Source: Selaginella moellendorffii | Taxonomy: Eukaryota > Plantae > Lycopodiophyta | Assembly (NCBI RefSeq): GCF_000143415.4 | Contig: NW_003314273.1 | Location: 1,390,601 to 1,454,600 of the forward strand | DNA: 64,000 bases | Reading direction: 5' to 3' | Shown: piece by piece, positions 12,910 through 26,804 of the stretch | Position numbering within the stretch: position 1 is the stretch's first letter | How the letters are laid out: each line of letters opens with the position of its first letter | Translations under genes and position numbers: made by a program | The notes under the pieces: generated by a model | The model's input: only the letters and a program-made list of their open reading frames with translations | Told to the model about the DNA's origin: nothing | Database searches by the model: none

Positions 12910-15900
12910 ATGCCAATAGGGTTTTCAAGGATGATCGACCTTGCTGATAAGTGTATCCAACTGGGTCTGCAATATCCAGATTCAATCGAGTGGCACAACT
13001 GGATCCCGGGAAGAGAGTATCACAAAATCTTATATGTGAGAAACAAAATTTATAAAACTCAAGTAAGTCTCTTCCTTTTCAATTTTGTTTAGTGAAGTCG
13101 TCGATTCAGGTTATACAATGGTGTGCTCCTCCATCGTCTCAGTTTTGGACGACTTACAACGAGCCTGTGAGGCTGAATGGGCTCGTTACTGTGGCCATTG
13201 GCGTTGTGTTCAGGCCCTCAAAGCTGCAGTGGTACGAAAGCGTGATCGAATTTTCGTCCACAAAGGTATTGTTTAGTGTGCCTTGAGCATTCCCTTATGA
13301 GATAATTTATTTAGGGAGATTTTTCCGTGACCCTGAGAGGAATTCCTCCGCTGGTATGCCTCAGTTTCCAAAAGGCCTTGTGGCTGGGATACTGTCCAGT
13401 GAATGATTTTACTGAAAGGAAGTTCATCATGAGGAACCTTGGTGATACCATCTTGACGGCGAGCTGGAAAGTCCATCTTCCTTTCACAATTGCTCCAGAA
13501 AAAGTCACTATAAATCCTGGAGATGCTCTCTTGGCTACCGGAAGGTTTGCTCCAAGGAAAGCTGGCCCGTACGAAGCTGTGGTAATTGAATGCAAGTTTC
13601 TCTTAAGGGGTTTAAAGATCTTCGTGTTTATTTTTCTTACTCTCAACTTTTGATTTTAATTTAGGCATTGTGCGGGATTGGTGGCATGTCTGTCAAGCTT
13701 CAACTGCATGGAGTTGGAAAGCATTCTTTCCTTACACTATCCCAAACGATGATAAACTTTGGATCTCTTTTCCTTGGCACTGTCAGAGTGATATACTTGA
13801 AAGTCACTAATAATTCTGCAGTTCCCTCATTTTATCGGCTAAAAAGACTTAATACTGATTCCGACTTCATGGTGGAGCCCGCAGAAGGAACTATACCAGA
13901 AGGATCAACACATTATTTAAAGGTAGCAATAATTGGTTTTTTACTATCTGCTTTGAACTTTCTGAGTCTTTGTAGCTAACATATAGACCTACTGTTGCTG
14001 GTTCGTGTCCCGTGGAACACTTCGACCTTGTTGTCCCACAAACCAGCCCAGTTTCGTTTACTTGCGTTGGTGGAGTATTGAGGCCAACAGTAAGAATCTC
14101 ATCTTTTACTGTCAGCTTTGGCACTGTCGAGTCAGGGGGACACAGCTCACGCTCCATCACATTGAAAAATCAGACAGATCTGCCCGTACTGTTTCAATTT
14201 ATGCCGGGTGACATGGGGGTATTCCAGTTCCATGAATCAAATGGCTGCATTGCTCCAAGAAGCACAGTGATACTGACGGTCAAGTTTAAGCCCATAGAGC
14301 CTGCCAATTACTACGTGCGTGTCATGTGCATTATCAAAGATCAGTATCCCTTATATTGTGATCTGGTTGGTACTTGCTACAGGGACATCGTGAGAGCATC
14401 AACTTTGATGTCCTACCATATAGATCGTCATCGACAGTCATTAATTGACCGAAAAGGAAAAAAACCCGAGCCTATGACTACAAACTTTTGGAGCTCCGAC
14501 AGGACACAAGTTGCTGAGGGCGATGAGTCGGAGGTGGAAGATTTTGATCAATGGAACATGAGCACAGTATCAGAGCACGGTACAACGACGGTTCCTGATA
14601 TGCTCAAAGGCCTTCTAGTGCCTCGAGAGAACAGAAAGAGTATGTTGGGGGACTTTTTTGTGGATTCTATTCCGGTTTTTTCCAAAGCTGTAATGAAAGC
14701 TAACGAAGTCTGGGACGAATATTTTAATGGGAGCATGGACGGATGGGACCCGGTGACCCTGGATGTGACACAGGTTGACTTTGGCATGTGTGAATGCAAT
14801 GGTTCCTCTCGTACGAAGAACGTAACTGTGAAGAACAATTCCAGAGGTGGTCATGTGAACATCATCTGGGTGATCCGGGAACCGCATCTGGAGATGATCA
14901 AGCCAACGGGAGCCTATGTTGACAGTGACTTCAGCGAGATGATGTATTACAAAAATTTTGACCCGGTATTTCAGGTCTGCCCGCCGGTCGCTCGAATCAA
15001 CGCTGGAGATCTGTTCACTTTTAATGTGACTTACAAGCCAAAGCTTCCAAACTTTTACTACTTCAAGCACATGGCTTGCTTTGTCTACGACATCAGCAGC
15101 TCCAAGGGTACATCAAACGTGCTACCGCCTTGGACTATCATTGGTTCTTGTTTTGGTCATACTTTCCATTCTCACTCATGGGAAGTTCGTCCAGAGGCAT
15201 TCTTTGATCCAGGCAGAGTTGTGTTTCAACCAGCGCTGCAGGGATCATGCGTCTACCAAACTGTGGCTCTCCGCAACCTGAAACACACTGCCTTGAGGTA
15301 GTTTGAAGAAGGTAAGTCTATTTATTGATCATTTATGACAGCTGTGCAGATTTTTCTTTCCTCGGGAGTTCCTTTGGCCCGAGTTTTCACTGACTCCTAT
15401 GGAGGGTGTTATTCCAGGTAATGGCTTTCAGCTTATTAGCTTCAGATTTACTGCTGGTCACCTGGGGTTTTTTGCCAACAAGATTATCTGTAGATTAAAT
15501 CATTCAATGGTCGATGAGCTTCTTATCACTTTGTATGCAAGTTCTCATATCCCCAAGGTGCAAATGAAATCTACTTATGTCCAAACAATCCTGACAGACT
15601 GTTACTCCAGATGGAGGTTTCTAATGGCACCAGCATTTGTTTTAAGCCAACAAACATTGGCACGCGAGAACATTTACCAATTATCCTCACCAACACAAGT
15701 GACATTGCTTTGCAGTATGACTGCCTCGTGCCGATGGAATATGGAGACATAATTTCTCTCTCTCCGGCATCTGGAGTTTTACGAGGAAAGGAAAAGCAGG
15801 AGGTGATTTGCACTTTTAGTCCACTTGATGAGAAGTACTACTCGTTTCAAATATCCTGCTCCTACTCTGGTTGCATTGAGATGGCCTATTACCAAGAGCA

Positions 15901-18268
15901 CAAAGTCCTGACGAGGAACTGTCCAACTCCCAAAACGGATTATTTCACATTGGACATTGATGGAGAGGGACTAGTTGGAGTTATCACTGTGGAGCCCGGA
16001 AGGGCCGACTTTGGGATGCTAGTAGTCAATAACCAATACGAACACAAGCTTAGCTTATACAATTCTACCAAGGGTCTCCTGGAATATGCTCTTAGCTGCC
16101 ACTCATTGTCCATTACCTCAGACAAGTACTCGATTACTTTCGACGCTCCTACAGACTCTATAGCACCCAAATCATACAAGGACGTTATGGTGTTGTTTAC
16201 GCTCAAGTACAATATACATTATAAGATGGACATCCAATGCAAAACGCTGGCTCCCACAACTGACGAATGTCTCGCCAAGCACAAGCCTGTCGGCACTTAC
16301 ACAACATGTGCTTTCTCGGCTGTTGCTGCGTATCCAGGTGTAGTTATTTCGGGGGTTAGGAGTGAGAGGCTCAGCGCTGCTCAGCTCTGGAGTCGCTTGC
16401 GGATAGACGACTTGAATCACGCGCTGAGCGAGCCTCCAAGACCAGCTCTTACGAACTCGGTCTACAAGTATCTTTTTGGCCTTGGAAAGCCACTGGACGA
16501 CTTTAAGCCATTCATGCTCCGGTTCATGGCTCAAAATGTCGGACGGAAGCCTTCAGTGGTGCACATTGTTTTTACTTGTCGAGTTCCTCTCACGGTCTCA
16601 TGGAAGATTCGGCTTTGGAATGACACCGAGGTTGACATAGAAAGCTGGGTAGAAGATGGCGAGCCAAGCGAAGAAGAAAAGCGACTGGTGCAGGTCTGGA
16701 AAATGAAGCTCTTTGAGGTGGAACCGAGGCGAGGGGTGATCCAGCCAGGCGAGGAAGTACATGTGAGATTCACCTACTACCACAAAATTGAAGGCTTTCA
16801 CAGTTTCCCTGCCATTTTTGAGATAGAGGGTGGCTGCGTGGTCCAGTTGATGCTCAGTGGCAAAACCCTTCCTTTCTCACAGAAGATTCTGGGTTTACAG
16901 AGTCCAGCCTATACCCTCGTGCCCATTGTCATCGGAGACATTAATCCACCAGTCCAAACTTATGAGCTCCGGAACGATGGCTACATGGAACTAGTGTACG
17001 AGCTCGACACCAGCCCTCTGCGACAGATGCAAGACGAGAACCATGGGTTTCCTGTGCTCCAGTGCTTTAATCCCAAAGGATGGATAGCTCCTTCGGAATC
17101 TATTCTTTTGAAATGGCTCTTTCAGCCACTGGAACCAAAACTTTATTCAGTCAGACTAACTTTCTACGTCGAGGGTGGAAAGCAAAACAACCTCGACATC
17201 CAGGGAATGGGATTCAGCTCCACGGAGAGAGCCTCTCTCCGTTACACACAGCTAAGGCCGCCCTTTGGAAAAGCGTACATGTGGTCTGGGTTGCCGGCCA
17301 AGCTCTCAACTGAGTTCTTGGACTTTGGCCACGTCAAGGAGCTCACCCTTACTCAGAAGCTGGTGAGCATCCAAAACGTCTCAGATGAGTATGAGGTGTC
17401 TTACAATTGGAGGAACAGCATGGCAGCCGATTTTATGATATACGGTGACTTTGACGTGTTTCCTCGGAGTGGAGTTATCCAGCCACAGGAAGAGATTCTA
17501 TGCAAGGTGAGATTCAGGGCCGGGATTCAGCCTCAGTACTTTATGACAACTCTCTATTGCGACATTGCCGTCGTGAATTTGGAGCCACCTCCCCGGCAAG
17601 TTCTTATCCAGCCATCGACTCCTGAAGAAGTGATTGACAGAGACGGGTATAGACTCGGCACAGGAGTTTACAACAAAATGTTCAGGCACATTCCAGTCAT
17701 TAACCAGTGTCCTGAAGGAATGCGAGGCAGGTTACCACACTTTACACCCAGGCCCCTGTCAGCACTGCCGACGCCACCCAAGATTGCTGTTCCGCCCGAC
17801 CAGGTTCTTTTTCTCACTGTCAACACGGAAGTGCACACGGCTGAAAAGTTTCATTCGACAAGCGAGCGGGTTATGAAGGAATTTATCTCCTTTCGGGACG
17901 ACCAAGATGAGAAAAGGCTGAATGAATCATCAAGAGAGGTCCAATCAGAGATGGCAGGTCTGATGCTCATGGAGATGCTCCAAGAGTTCCTTTTTGAAGA
18001 GGCCAAAGATAGCGACCAGAGCTCCTTCCGGGCCTTCGATGACAAGCGAGTGGTCTACTTTGAAGAGATCAAAGGATTGTCAAGCCAGGGAGCTGATTGC
18101 ACTAAGGCAAAGATAAAACTGGACAAACTTGACTGGGAGGATGCTTTTAAAGTGACTCAGAAGAACATGGTGGAACTTGTTCTGGACAGTCTTTTATTTG
18201 GCACTGTCAAGGATATGTGTGAAAATAGCTTCACTAGCTGCACCAGAAGTTCTAGGCAGTGCAAATAG
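12910..18268 (+). CDS. CFAP65: Cilia- and flagella-associated protein 65 (CCDC108), multi ASH/PapD-like Ig domains, ~1673 aa, 7 exons
   Basis: Exons 12910-13062, 13110-13265, 13315-13581, 13665-13922, 13976-15297, 15350-15557 and 15611-18268 join in frame through GT-AG introns of 47-83 bp. The N-terminus (IEWHNWIPGREYHKILYVRN..VVFRP..YESVIEF) resembles CFAP65, and F-G/N/P-x-x-G Ig-like modules repeat along the protein. The start could be ATG 12931 instead. Confidence 0.85.
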
Positions 18269-20639
18269 AATTACATTAGCATCAAATTAAATGAAAAAAA
18301 TTCGTATATTAAGCTGAGAAGCTACACAATTCACACAATCAACAAAAAGGTCACTTTATTTCAAGAAGATTTTAAACCATGTCAAGGCATGCTGCTTGCA
18401 AAATGGTTATTCTTCCCGCAGTTCCAGTTAACACACTCAATTTCATCGTCATGGATTTTTCGACTTTAAAGGATTCTATCATCTTTGGAGACCCTTTCGA
18501 AGTACAATTTATCGAATTTTCTATAAAATCAATGGATGCACCTTGTTAGTCTTCACTGACATCCTAGAAAGCCAGTGCAAGTAGAAGCTACAGCTAAATC
18601 TCGCAGAGCCACCATAGCCAACTCTCTTTCTTAGAAAGAACCCCGATTTTCAATTCCTTAAATTGCTTTCACTTTCTTATACTTTATTTTTCTGATTCCT
18701 CATAATTTCTGCCGATCCCTTGACCTGGCATGGTTGCATAAACAAATCACGATAAATGCACGAGCGAGTTGGGAAAGAAAAACGCAATTCCTCGTATTAC
18801 TGCAAATGTAATGTCTCAAAGTCAAAGAAAAACAGGTGTACAGAAAGTCTAGATGTTGAGCAGTAGAGGTGGCTCTGGCTCTTTTTTCTCCTCTGCTTGT
18901 TGGTTCGTTCTAGCAGTGACGAGGTTTACTAAACTTGTCTGCCTCAAGATAGGTGCAATTCCTCCAGTTACACCAAAATGTAACGTCTCAAAGTCAAAGA
19001 GAACATTTGCCTGACCTGCATAAGAGAAACAACAGGTTACATTGATTCATGATACGCAGATAATGTTTTCTTTTGCAGCTTTTTCTACTTGCTTTTTTCA
19101 TCAGTGGATCCTTGTGAAACACGTTCACCATGCCCTTGAAGGCCTCCTCTTTGTTATTAGCATTGCTGTTGCTTGCTAGCTTTGTCAAGAGTGGTGGGAA
19201 GCCCAACTCTACTGCGTTAAACCTAAGAATGTATAACTGTTAAAATGGTTTACCATACTGCATTTTATTAGGGGGTTCTTTAGTCACTAGCCAGTGCAAG
19301 ACATAATGAGATGGGAACTCTTTATCAGGCTAAGCATACTTTACACGGCTTGACAAGTTTATGGATTTTCTATTCCTTAAATTGCTTTCATTCTATCAGA
19401 GAAAACCGTGCAAACATATTTTATACGGCTTGGTATCTAGCTGGTAACTGATCGAGGTTTATATGTTATCTCAAGTGATCTGATCTTTTCTCTTCTTTTC
19501 TGTCTTGCCTTCAACTAAGGCAAAAAAGCCGGTGCTGGTCATTGTGCAATGTGCTTATTTTTTCTTAATTCAAGAGGATTTTTCCTTTGTGCTACTCCTG
19601 CAGTTTTTCTTAGCACTGATTGTGATTTATTTGCAAACTTATTGTGATGTTCATGGCAAACTTGGCTGCGACTGTAGCCTCGTGATGTGATCCTGAGTCG
19701 TGTGATCTTTACTTCCATCATGGAATACTTTGAAGACCGGTCTTGCTCTTCGTTCTCTTTCTCTCCCCTTCTTTTTTCTTCCGTTATTCCAGGAGTGCCA
19801 TGCTACTATATCTGCCCACGTTTTTGGGTGGGTAACGGGCAGCATAGACCTTTATTGTTCCTCAGCAGCCGAGGATGCAAATTCAAGGGCGACTTGACTC
19901 TCTCAAGTCTCGGATATGACAATTGCATCGTCATCCAGCTTCGTCAAGCTTCGACCTTCCTGTTCTGGTTCCTGGAGGCGGGAGGAGGATGGTGGTCACT
20001 GCACAGTTGGCTGTGATCGACAGCAACTTGGCAATAAAAGGCGTGGCGGGAGCTAGGGCTGGGAGAGGATGATCTCGGGAACAGAACCGAAGGTATAATG
20101 AGTACGGGGGATCCAGATCCAAGCAAGGTGAGAGTTTTGACCTAGCATGGACTCCAGTAAGCCTCGGCCAGGCTTACGCCCATTTTATGGTGGAGATGAG
20201 AGGCAATTCATCACATCTGAGCTTGGCATACTGGAGTCTATAACTGAAGCTTGCTTTCTCTTTTTTACCTGGTTGAGCATGAGGGCCTGCGGACATGCCT
20301 TGCCTAGTAACGTGCCTATGTGAGGGACACATGGCTGAAGGGACTCTCATGGACAGCCAGTGTGACCAGAGAGGTTTGGTCATAGGGTATGGCATCCAAA
20401 GGTTGGAGCCACCCCACATCCAGCCAGGGCTGAGGAACGAGCTGGGCTGAGTAGGCCAGTGAGGGGGAATCTTGGTGGTCCACGCCAAGTGCTGTGGTAC
20501 CTTTCTTGTCTTGCATGGACTGGGTGGTGGACCTTCTTTTCTTCATAGCTTTGGTGTGACCACAAGGGTGTGCTTAACCTCACATGAAAAATCCCACGTA
20601 GGAAGCATGGCATCTCCACTGTCATGAGGATTGGCATCT

Positions 20640-20830
20640 GGTGTTATGATCTGGTGCAAAAAAGCAAAGATTTAGCCGCCCTAGACTATGCTATGCCACC
20701 TCTTGAGGTTCCTCACCACTGTGATCCCTAGGGTAAGTGAAGCCCCTTACCCTAGCATGCCTTAATATACCCTTGAGCCTCCTTTTGACCAATGTTGACC
20801 ACGTGGTTAAAGTTGGTGCCTAACATTTGG
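20640..20830 (-). repeat. Fragment of the Tat-like element, homologous (inverted) to ~52110-52345
   Basis: Shared sequence CTAGACTATGCTA.GCCACCTCTTGAGGTTCCTCACC..CATGCCTTAATATA.CCTTGAGCCTCC.TTTGACCAA. Confidence 0.75.
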
Positions 20831-21720
20831 CCACATAGGGATTCGAATGCTCCACTCCCTCCTAGAGAAAGGAGGATATGCCTGACCAGTTGTCTAAGGA
20901 ACCACAAGTGGAGGGCTGCTTGACAAAGCTGGCTGCAGTCATGGTTGCACTTCTGAAGGACCCCCAAGTTTCACAGTGCTTGGGCAAATTACCAGCAGTA
21001 GTGGGAAACGTAACAACTGGAAAAGAGCTCTTCCACCCAGAAGTTTCATCATTGGCTTGCATCAAGTATCCCATGTATAAAATGGGAGAAGGCTTTGAGA
21101 TCTACATAGAGATTTTTGAGTATGCAGGGCATAACAACAAGGTGGCCAGACAAGAGAAGGACAATGCATTATGCATTGTGGAACAAAAACTCTTTATGGC
21201 TTATCAAAGTGGAGTCAAAGAAGAGTCCTGGGACAATGTGGCCGCTGTCTCTTCCAGCTTGGACAGCCTGCTGAATGTACCTTCCTCACAATGAGGGATC
21301 ACATATTCAAAAGAGGCAAGTCAGTGCAACAGTACTGGGCGGATGCTAAACAATGATGCAGCAATAACAGAGGGTATGGTGTTTTATAGCAGGTTCCCGA
21401 GTGATATCTTTCAAGTCATCTTCCTTTTCAAATGCATTGGACTTGAGGACATGCTCCACATGGCTGACAAAACAGTCAAGGAATGGAAGTGAAGGTTGTC
21501 CAGGTGAAGGCTGCCATAGTAGACTTGAGAAGCAACTCAGAAGAGGAAGACTTAGAAGATTTGAATACTTTGAGGTGGCAGCTTGATGCAGCAAATACAA
21601 GGGTGGTAGAGACACCCAAACGTCACCCACAGCAGAACATGGGACATTTTGGGCTGTGGTGTTTTGAGCACCACAATGCTCTTGTCCTGGGACATATGTG
21701 TGATCTTGTGGCCTGCTAGT
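20830..21720 (+). mobile_element. Degenerate retrotransposon gag-like remnant
   Basis: Broken ORFs with FKRGKSVQQYW (gag Q..ESV..Y-like motif) and a decayed downstream knuckle-like stretch. Support is weak. Confidence 0.35.
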
Positions 21721-24099
21721 GTCCTCAGGAGGAAGTAGTTGTATAAGGGAGAGTTTAGAGCTACCTGAACAAGATATTTCCTGCGCGATCTTCAGCAAGG
21801 TGTGGATCACAAAGAAGTTTGTATTTTTTTTTGCATTTGAGGATATATGAATACACAAAGAAATACCACTAAGCAATATGGAACATCTTCCAAACTTATT
21901 CAAACGATTTGTGTATAAATTAAAATATTGTGAAAATAAAATAATATTCTGAAATTTTTTATAATTTTTCTATATAAAAAATTGTCATGGAATAAAAAAT
22001 AGCTAAATATATATATTATAAGAATTTTTTCATTCTGAAATAATGTCTCATGCTTATCAAAATTTAAGCCAAACTGTAAGATAATCAAAATAAATTATTA
22101 TATAAAAGACTATTTAGCAAAAAGGTTGTAACAATTAAGTTAAATTAATATTAATAAATATATTATCTAAAAAATATAAAGAAAATTATAAAATACCTAA
22201 AAGTTTATTACATTTTATGTTACTGAATGTTTCATTATATATTGATTAATTTTAGCCATAAGTGTTTGGGTCCAGATAAAGATTCAATGCTATGTTCTGT
22301 CATTGAAATATTTTCAATATATATAAAATTTACTAACAATTTCATAAAAATAAATTTATAATATTATTTATTTTCTTTCATTCATAATAAAACCACTGTT
22401 AGTAAGAACTGAAATTATCGTTTTAAATATTTAGAAAATCACATAATAAATAAATTAAAAAGAAAACATTAATACAGTTAAATAATAAATATAAATATAT
22501 TTTTCTATTTACTATATATTTAGAACTTACAGAGATCCTTATCAACTTTTAAATCTTATTTTTAACTACTGTATTGTTTAGAATATTTTTGTAGTACACA
22601 TAAATATTTCATAAATATGGATGTACAAAATAATTTTGCATTCCTATTATTCAGCATTAAAATAATATTAAAAAAAATGTATACTTTATAATTTGGTAAA
22701 ACAGTATTAAGCACTATATATTTATAAATATCTTATATTCTAAATATTTCCTGCTGTATATCAGCATATCAGGATATTTCAAAATAAGGTGTAGTGATGT
22801 TAATAGAAATCAAAGTTAAATATATGGATGAGGAAGTACCCATGTTTCAATTAGCTGGATGTTAGAGAGATTTTTGATATGATTGATTGCTCATTACTTG
22901 GTTTGGGTAATTCCAAGAACATTTACATACTTTCAATAATGAGCATTGAGATTAAATAATATCAACTTTATATATCATATAGTACTCCTCTACAAAATCT
23001 AGAGTTTTCTAAATTATAGATAAATAAAAAAATCAAAGGCTAGAATGGGTGAGTGGATATCCTTATGTTTAATCATCATATGACTTGAGAATTATACTGT
23101 ATAGAGCTTTAATTTTTGAGAATTTCTTTCATGTAATGCACTGATGAAGAATGGCATTGAGTTTTTCCTTCTAGGGTTTTGATATAGTCTTTCTGGATAT
23201 ATTAAATGCATAACTAAATGAGGTAGAAGCAAAAACATTTGGTAGTGACATTATTTCCTTATAATGGTTATAGAAGATAAAATGATAATAAATTACTAGT
23301 CATAAAAAAGTGTTAATATATTTAGAATTTATCCTGTAGCTAATTAATTATAGTAAATTTAGAAAATAGAATGTGGTGGATAAATATGTATATAAATAAA
23401 ACTTGGACCTAAAAAATTACATTAGTTACTGTTACTAAAATGACTAATTTTATATGAGATGAAGTTGTGGTTCAAAGTATTGAAGTAAATTTAATTTGAT
23501 ATTTTAATTTATATATAAAAATAATACTTGATTGATGATAGAATATTGTTAAAAATCACATAAATTTATACAAGTACAGATATAAAAAATACCTTCAAGT
23601 AAGAATAATGATGAAGAAGTGATATAATATATAGAGGAAACTTCATAAATTGATATAAAGGAATTCAAGGCTCTAGCTATTCCATCTTGTAATACAGTCA
23701 TTAGAGAAATTAATCACATTGAGTTTTTGGCTAGATCAGATATTTACTATAGTTTAATATTTGTAAACTGTTACAAATTTATAACAATTTTATTTAGTCT
23801 GCATTAATATTTTCTATTAATTAAAATTTTGATACATAAAAAAAAGTTATAAATATGATTCAGACATTGTTAATATAAGGGTTACACAATACAATAAGCT
23901 ACTATATAAGAAATGTGATTCATCACCACTTAGTGTGAAATGCTATCAGGTCCTAGAAAATCATCATATAAAGTATATCTTTCTTATTATATATCATTAT
24001 AAATTATATCTTTATATTTTATAGAAACTTTTAAACTGAAAAATACCATATTATTAAAAAATATTAATCTCAAAAATATGAAGCACCCTATCTCATAGA

Positions 24100-25600
24100 A
24101 CTGTGGCAGCCAAGAGGAATTCAACCAGACAAATATGATGTAATTGCATAAGAAACTCGTGAAGAGGTAAGTGAAATCTAAGGAATTCTTGCTAGCTTGT
24201 AGGTGGTCAAATGTCTTATATGTGCAATTGAAGTACTATCTAAAAATTGTCAAGTGGAGTCTACATTCTAATGGCAAGAATATGTCTATGTGGAGGTGAT
24301 GTTAGCCTACTTGATAACTTGTGCCAATATATGAATGTTGTCTACCCATGGCATGGTTTATTGGCACTTCAATAAGATATTATTCCAATAGGGTATTGTA
24401 TGTTGACTCTATGAATTTGAATTGTGTTGAGCTTAATTGAGCTATTATTGGAAAGCAATACGCAATATAAATCAAGTGCTGCTGTGAAGCAAGGAGTCTA
24501 AATCCATGTCTAGCCCGGAATGTCTAGCATCTTGGTGCTACCATCCAGTGATATTTGTAGAGGTACTTAAGCACGCTGAGAAAACTTATATCTCTACAAA
24601 CATAATACCAAGGTTTACTTTCCAATCGCCAAATTCCTCATTCAAGAAGTGGTGTGGTGGCAAAAAAGTAGTCGTGGCAAAAAAAGGGAGGACCGATATA
24701 TAAGGACATTGATGTATAAACCAAATATAATGGTTATCCTTGTTTAATGCTGATAGTACATTTAATTTGTTTAAGTCCTTGGTAGTCCACAAGAATAATG
24801 ACAAACATTTATTCAATAGCAGCTAGTGGTATGTTAATTTCTCATAGTTGAAATAATTTTGTCACATGAAACTGTGTTAACCAACTTTTGTATAACAAGA
24901 TGGTCTTCTATACCATGCTCATGAATTATACATGAATTCATGTGGCACTCTTTTGTTCGAGATGATATTCCAAAAGGAAGAGATTCCTTTAACTTCAAAG
25001 AGTGCCAGCAAGTTGACAACTTTAGCTTATACAAAACACCTGGTGTTGCAAGATAGAATGTGACAGGCAGAAAGTGTGTTAGGAAGTCATCATTTACTAA
25101 AAACATGCTTGTTTCAGTCATTTTCAAGAAGTAGCATTTATCCTGTCAACCCTCTTGCTCTTCATAGTTGAAACCCTCTTGCAGTAGTGATTGCCAAAGT
25201 AATAAAATAGTATCCTTATAGCAGTGGACTAGTGAGATATATTTGCCCCATATCGTAGTTTCATATTAGTAAAAAGGAATATGTTTCCAAGGTTAGCACA
25301 CAAAGCCAAGCTGGAAAATCGTTACTAAGAAAATCTAATCTGAAATAGAGTTGGCAAAAGTAAAGTAAAGGAACCTCATCTAAGAATAGCACAAAATCTT
25401 AGTCAATGTTGTCTAAGTGCTTACAACTTTCAGCCAATCCACCAAATTCACATAGAAGTTTGAATTAAAGATTGCATAATACATAGAAATGCCAAGCCAT
25501 ATACCACATACCTCTCAAGGTGTTTTACTATAATCCATAGAATCTCTGAGAAAAAAAGAGATTGTAAGCATTTGAGTTTTGATTTCTTGCTTACCAATTA
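24100..25600 (-). mobile_element. Highly degenerate LINE (L1-like) reverse transcriptase remnant
   Basis: Minus-strand HFLPVT..LYK..L (RPISL..YKI-like), KLVNTVSCDKIISTM (KAFDTVSW-like) and SIKQG*PL (GxxQGCPL-like) occur in RT order. Boundaries are approximate. Confidence 0.5.
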
Positions 25601-26373
25601 TTCATGTTAATGACAGGATTTTCTTATCGATTTCTCCAGGTCAAACAGTAGGTAAATAAGGAATACACTTCAAAAATAAGACATAAAAAAGTAATAGGGA
25701 ACATGAACAATCCAACTAAGAGAAGGGCTTCCTTTGGTATCTTAATCACTTTCCCTCCCTATTACACCATCCCTAAAAACTAATAATTCAAAATTTATTC
25801 TTTGAAATTACTCTTGCTGATATTCCATATAAAATTATAATTATAGGCAGTATAGGCAGAGTATAGGCAGAAAAAGCCTTTCTCACTTTTGGCGACCACT
25901 GTTAGATAAGCTGTCACTCTTAGGCTTGAAAAATAGCTGGAAGAAAATTATTTGTGAATTCCAAATGTGCCCAGTACTAAGAATCACAAGTAAATTTCTT
26001 TAGTGATTGTAAAATCTTTGAGCTCAAACAACACTAAACGAAGGAGCTCTTTTTGTGATTACAGTAGCTTAGTGCTTAGAAAATGTAAGAAAGATGGTTT
26101 TTCAACTGTTACCAAAGCCACAGAGCATGGGATGAGTTTGAAATTGAAGTTTAAATTGTTTCACTAGCAATTTCTTGAGAAAAATCTAAAAAGAAGAAGG
26201 AATAAAGTTTATTTGATGTGGAAAACACAATTAACTACTCTAAATTTCTTTCCTTTTAAGTAAATTCTCAGTTGGGTTTTTAGAGGATACATTTTTCAAT
26301 AGCGTGTCACAATTTTTCTAAGTATACACAAGTAGGAAAAATGGACATTTGTAACCCTTGTCTTCGACTCAAT

Positions 26374-26804
26374 TGTGAGCTCTTGAGTTTGGACTTCCCA
26401 GGAGGTCACCCAACCTAGTACTATTCAAATCCAAGGACGTTTAACCCCAAATCTTAACCAATTGGAAAAAAGGGTGCACTTTTATTCATAGGCCCTTTCC
26501 CTCTATATTTGAACCCCTATAGATTATCTCTCGAGTTGTTCTCTTTGGTTGTTTACAATCCACCACGCTTCTTTACAAGTTCACGCCCTCATGAATGGAA
26601 GCTGAGCACTACAGCTCTCCCAAGAGTCCTGCTCTCTTGACACCCTACCCCTTGGGTCGAGCCCAACCAGGAGAAAATTGGACCTGCCAGATGTCAATTA
26701 ACATGTGGTGTGATTCCTTTAGCTAACTAATAGAGTCAGACCCGAGAACCCTCTGATACCAAATGTAAGCTCATGAGTTTAGACTTTCCGGGAGGTCACC
26801 CAGT
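26374..26804 (-). mobile_element. Cassandra-like TRIM (5S rRNA-derived segment in LTR), copy 1
   Basis: LTR 26374-26557 (TG..CA), PPT 26558-26568, internal region ~206 bp, Met-i PBS (rc CTCTGATACCA, 26751-26761), second LTR from 26764 cut at 26805. The reverse complement of 26391-26445 is GTTAAACGTCCTTGG..TAGTACTAGGTTGGGTGACCTCCTGGGAAGTCC, the 5S A-box to C-box region. Confidence 0.9.

Noticed and set aside
18300-20130. Short local duplications (~18805 vs ~18977; ~18653 vs ~19372) and a GC-rich exon-like piece at 19850-20130
   Set aside because: No identifiable product or element boundaries.
21900-24100. Possible Helitron Rep remnant (also 62760-64000)
   Set aside because: Only faint motif echoes (GYPLTH; KGYD) in very AT-rich decayed DNA, which is too weak to call.
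26391-26445. 5S rRNA gene (also 32798-32852)
   Set aside because: Only ~55 nt of 5S-like sequence, embedded in a TRIM LTR, without the 5S 5' end or terminator.
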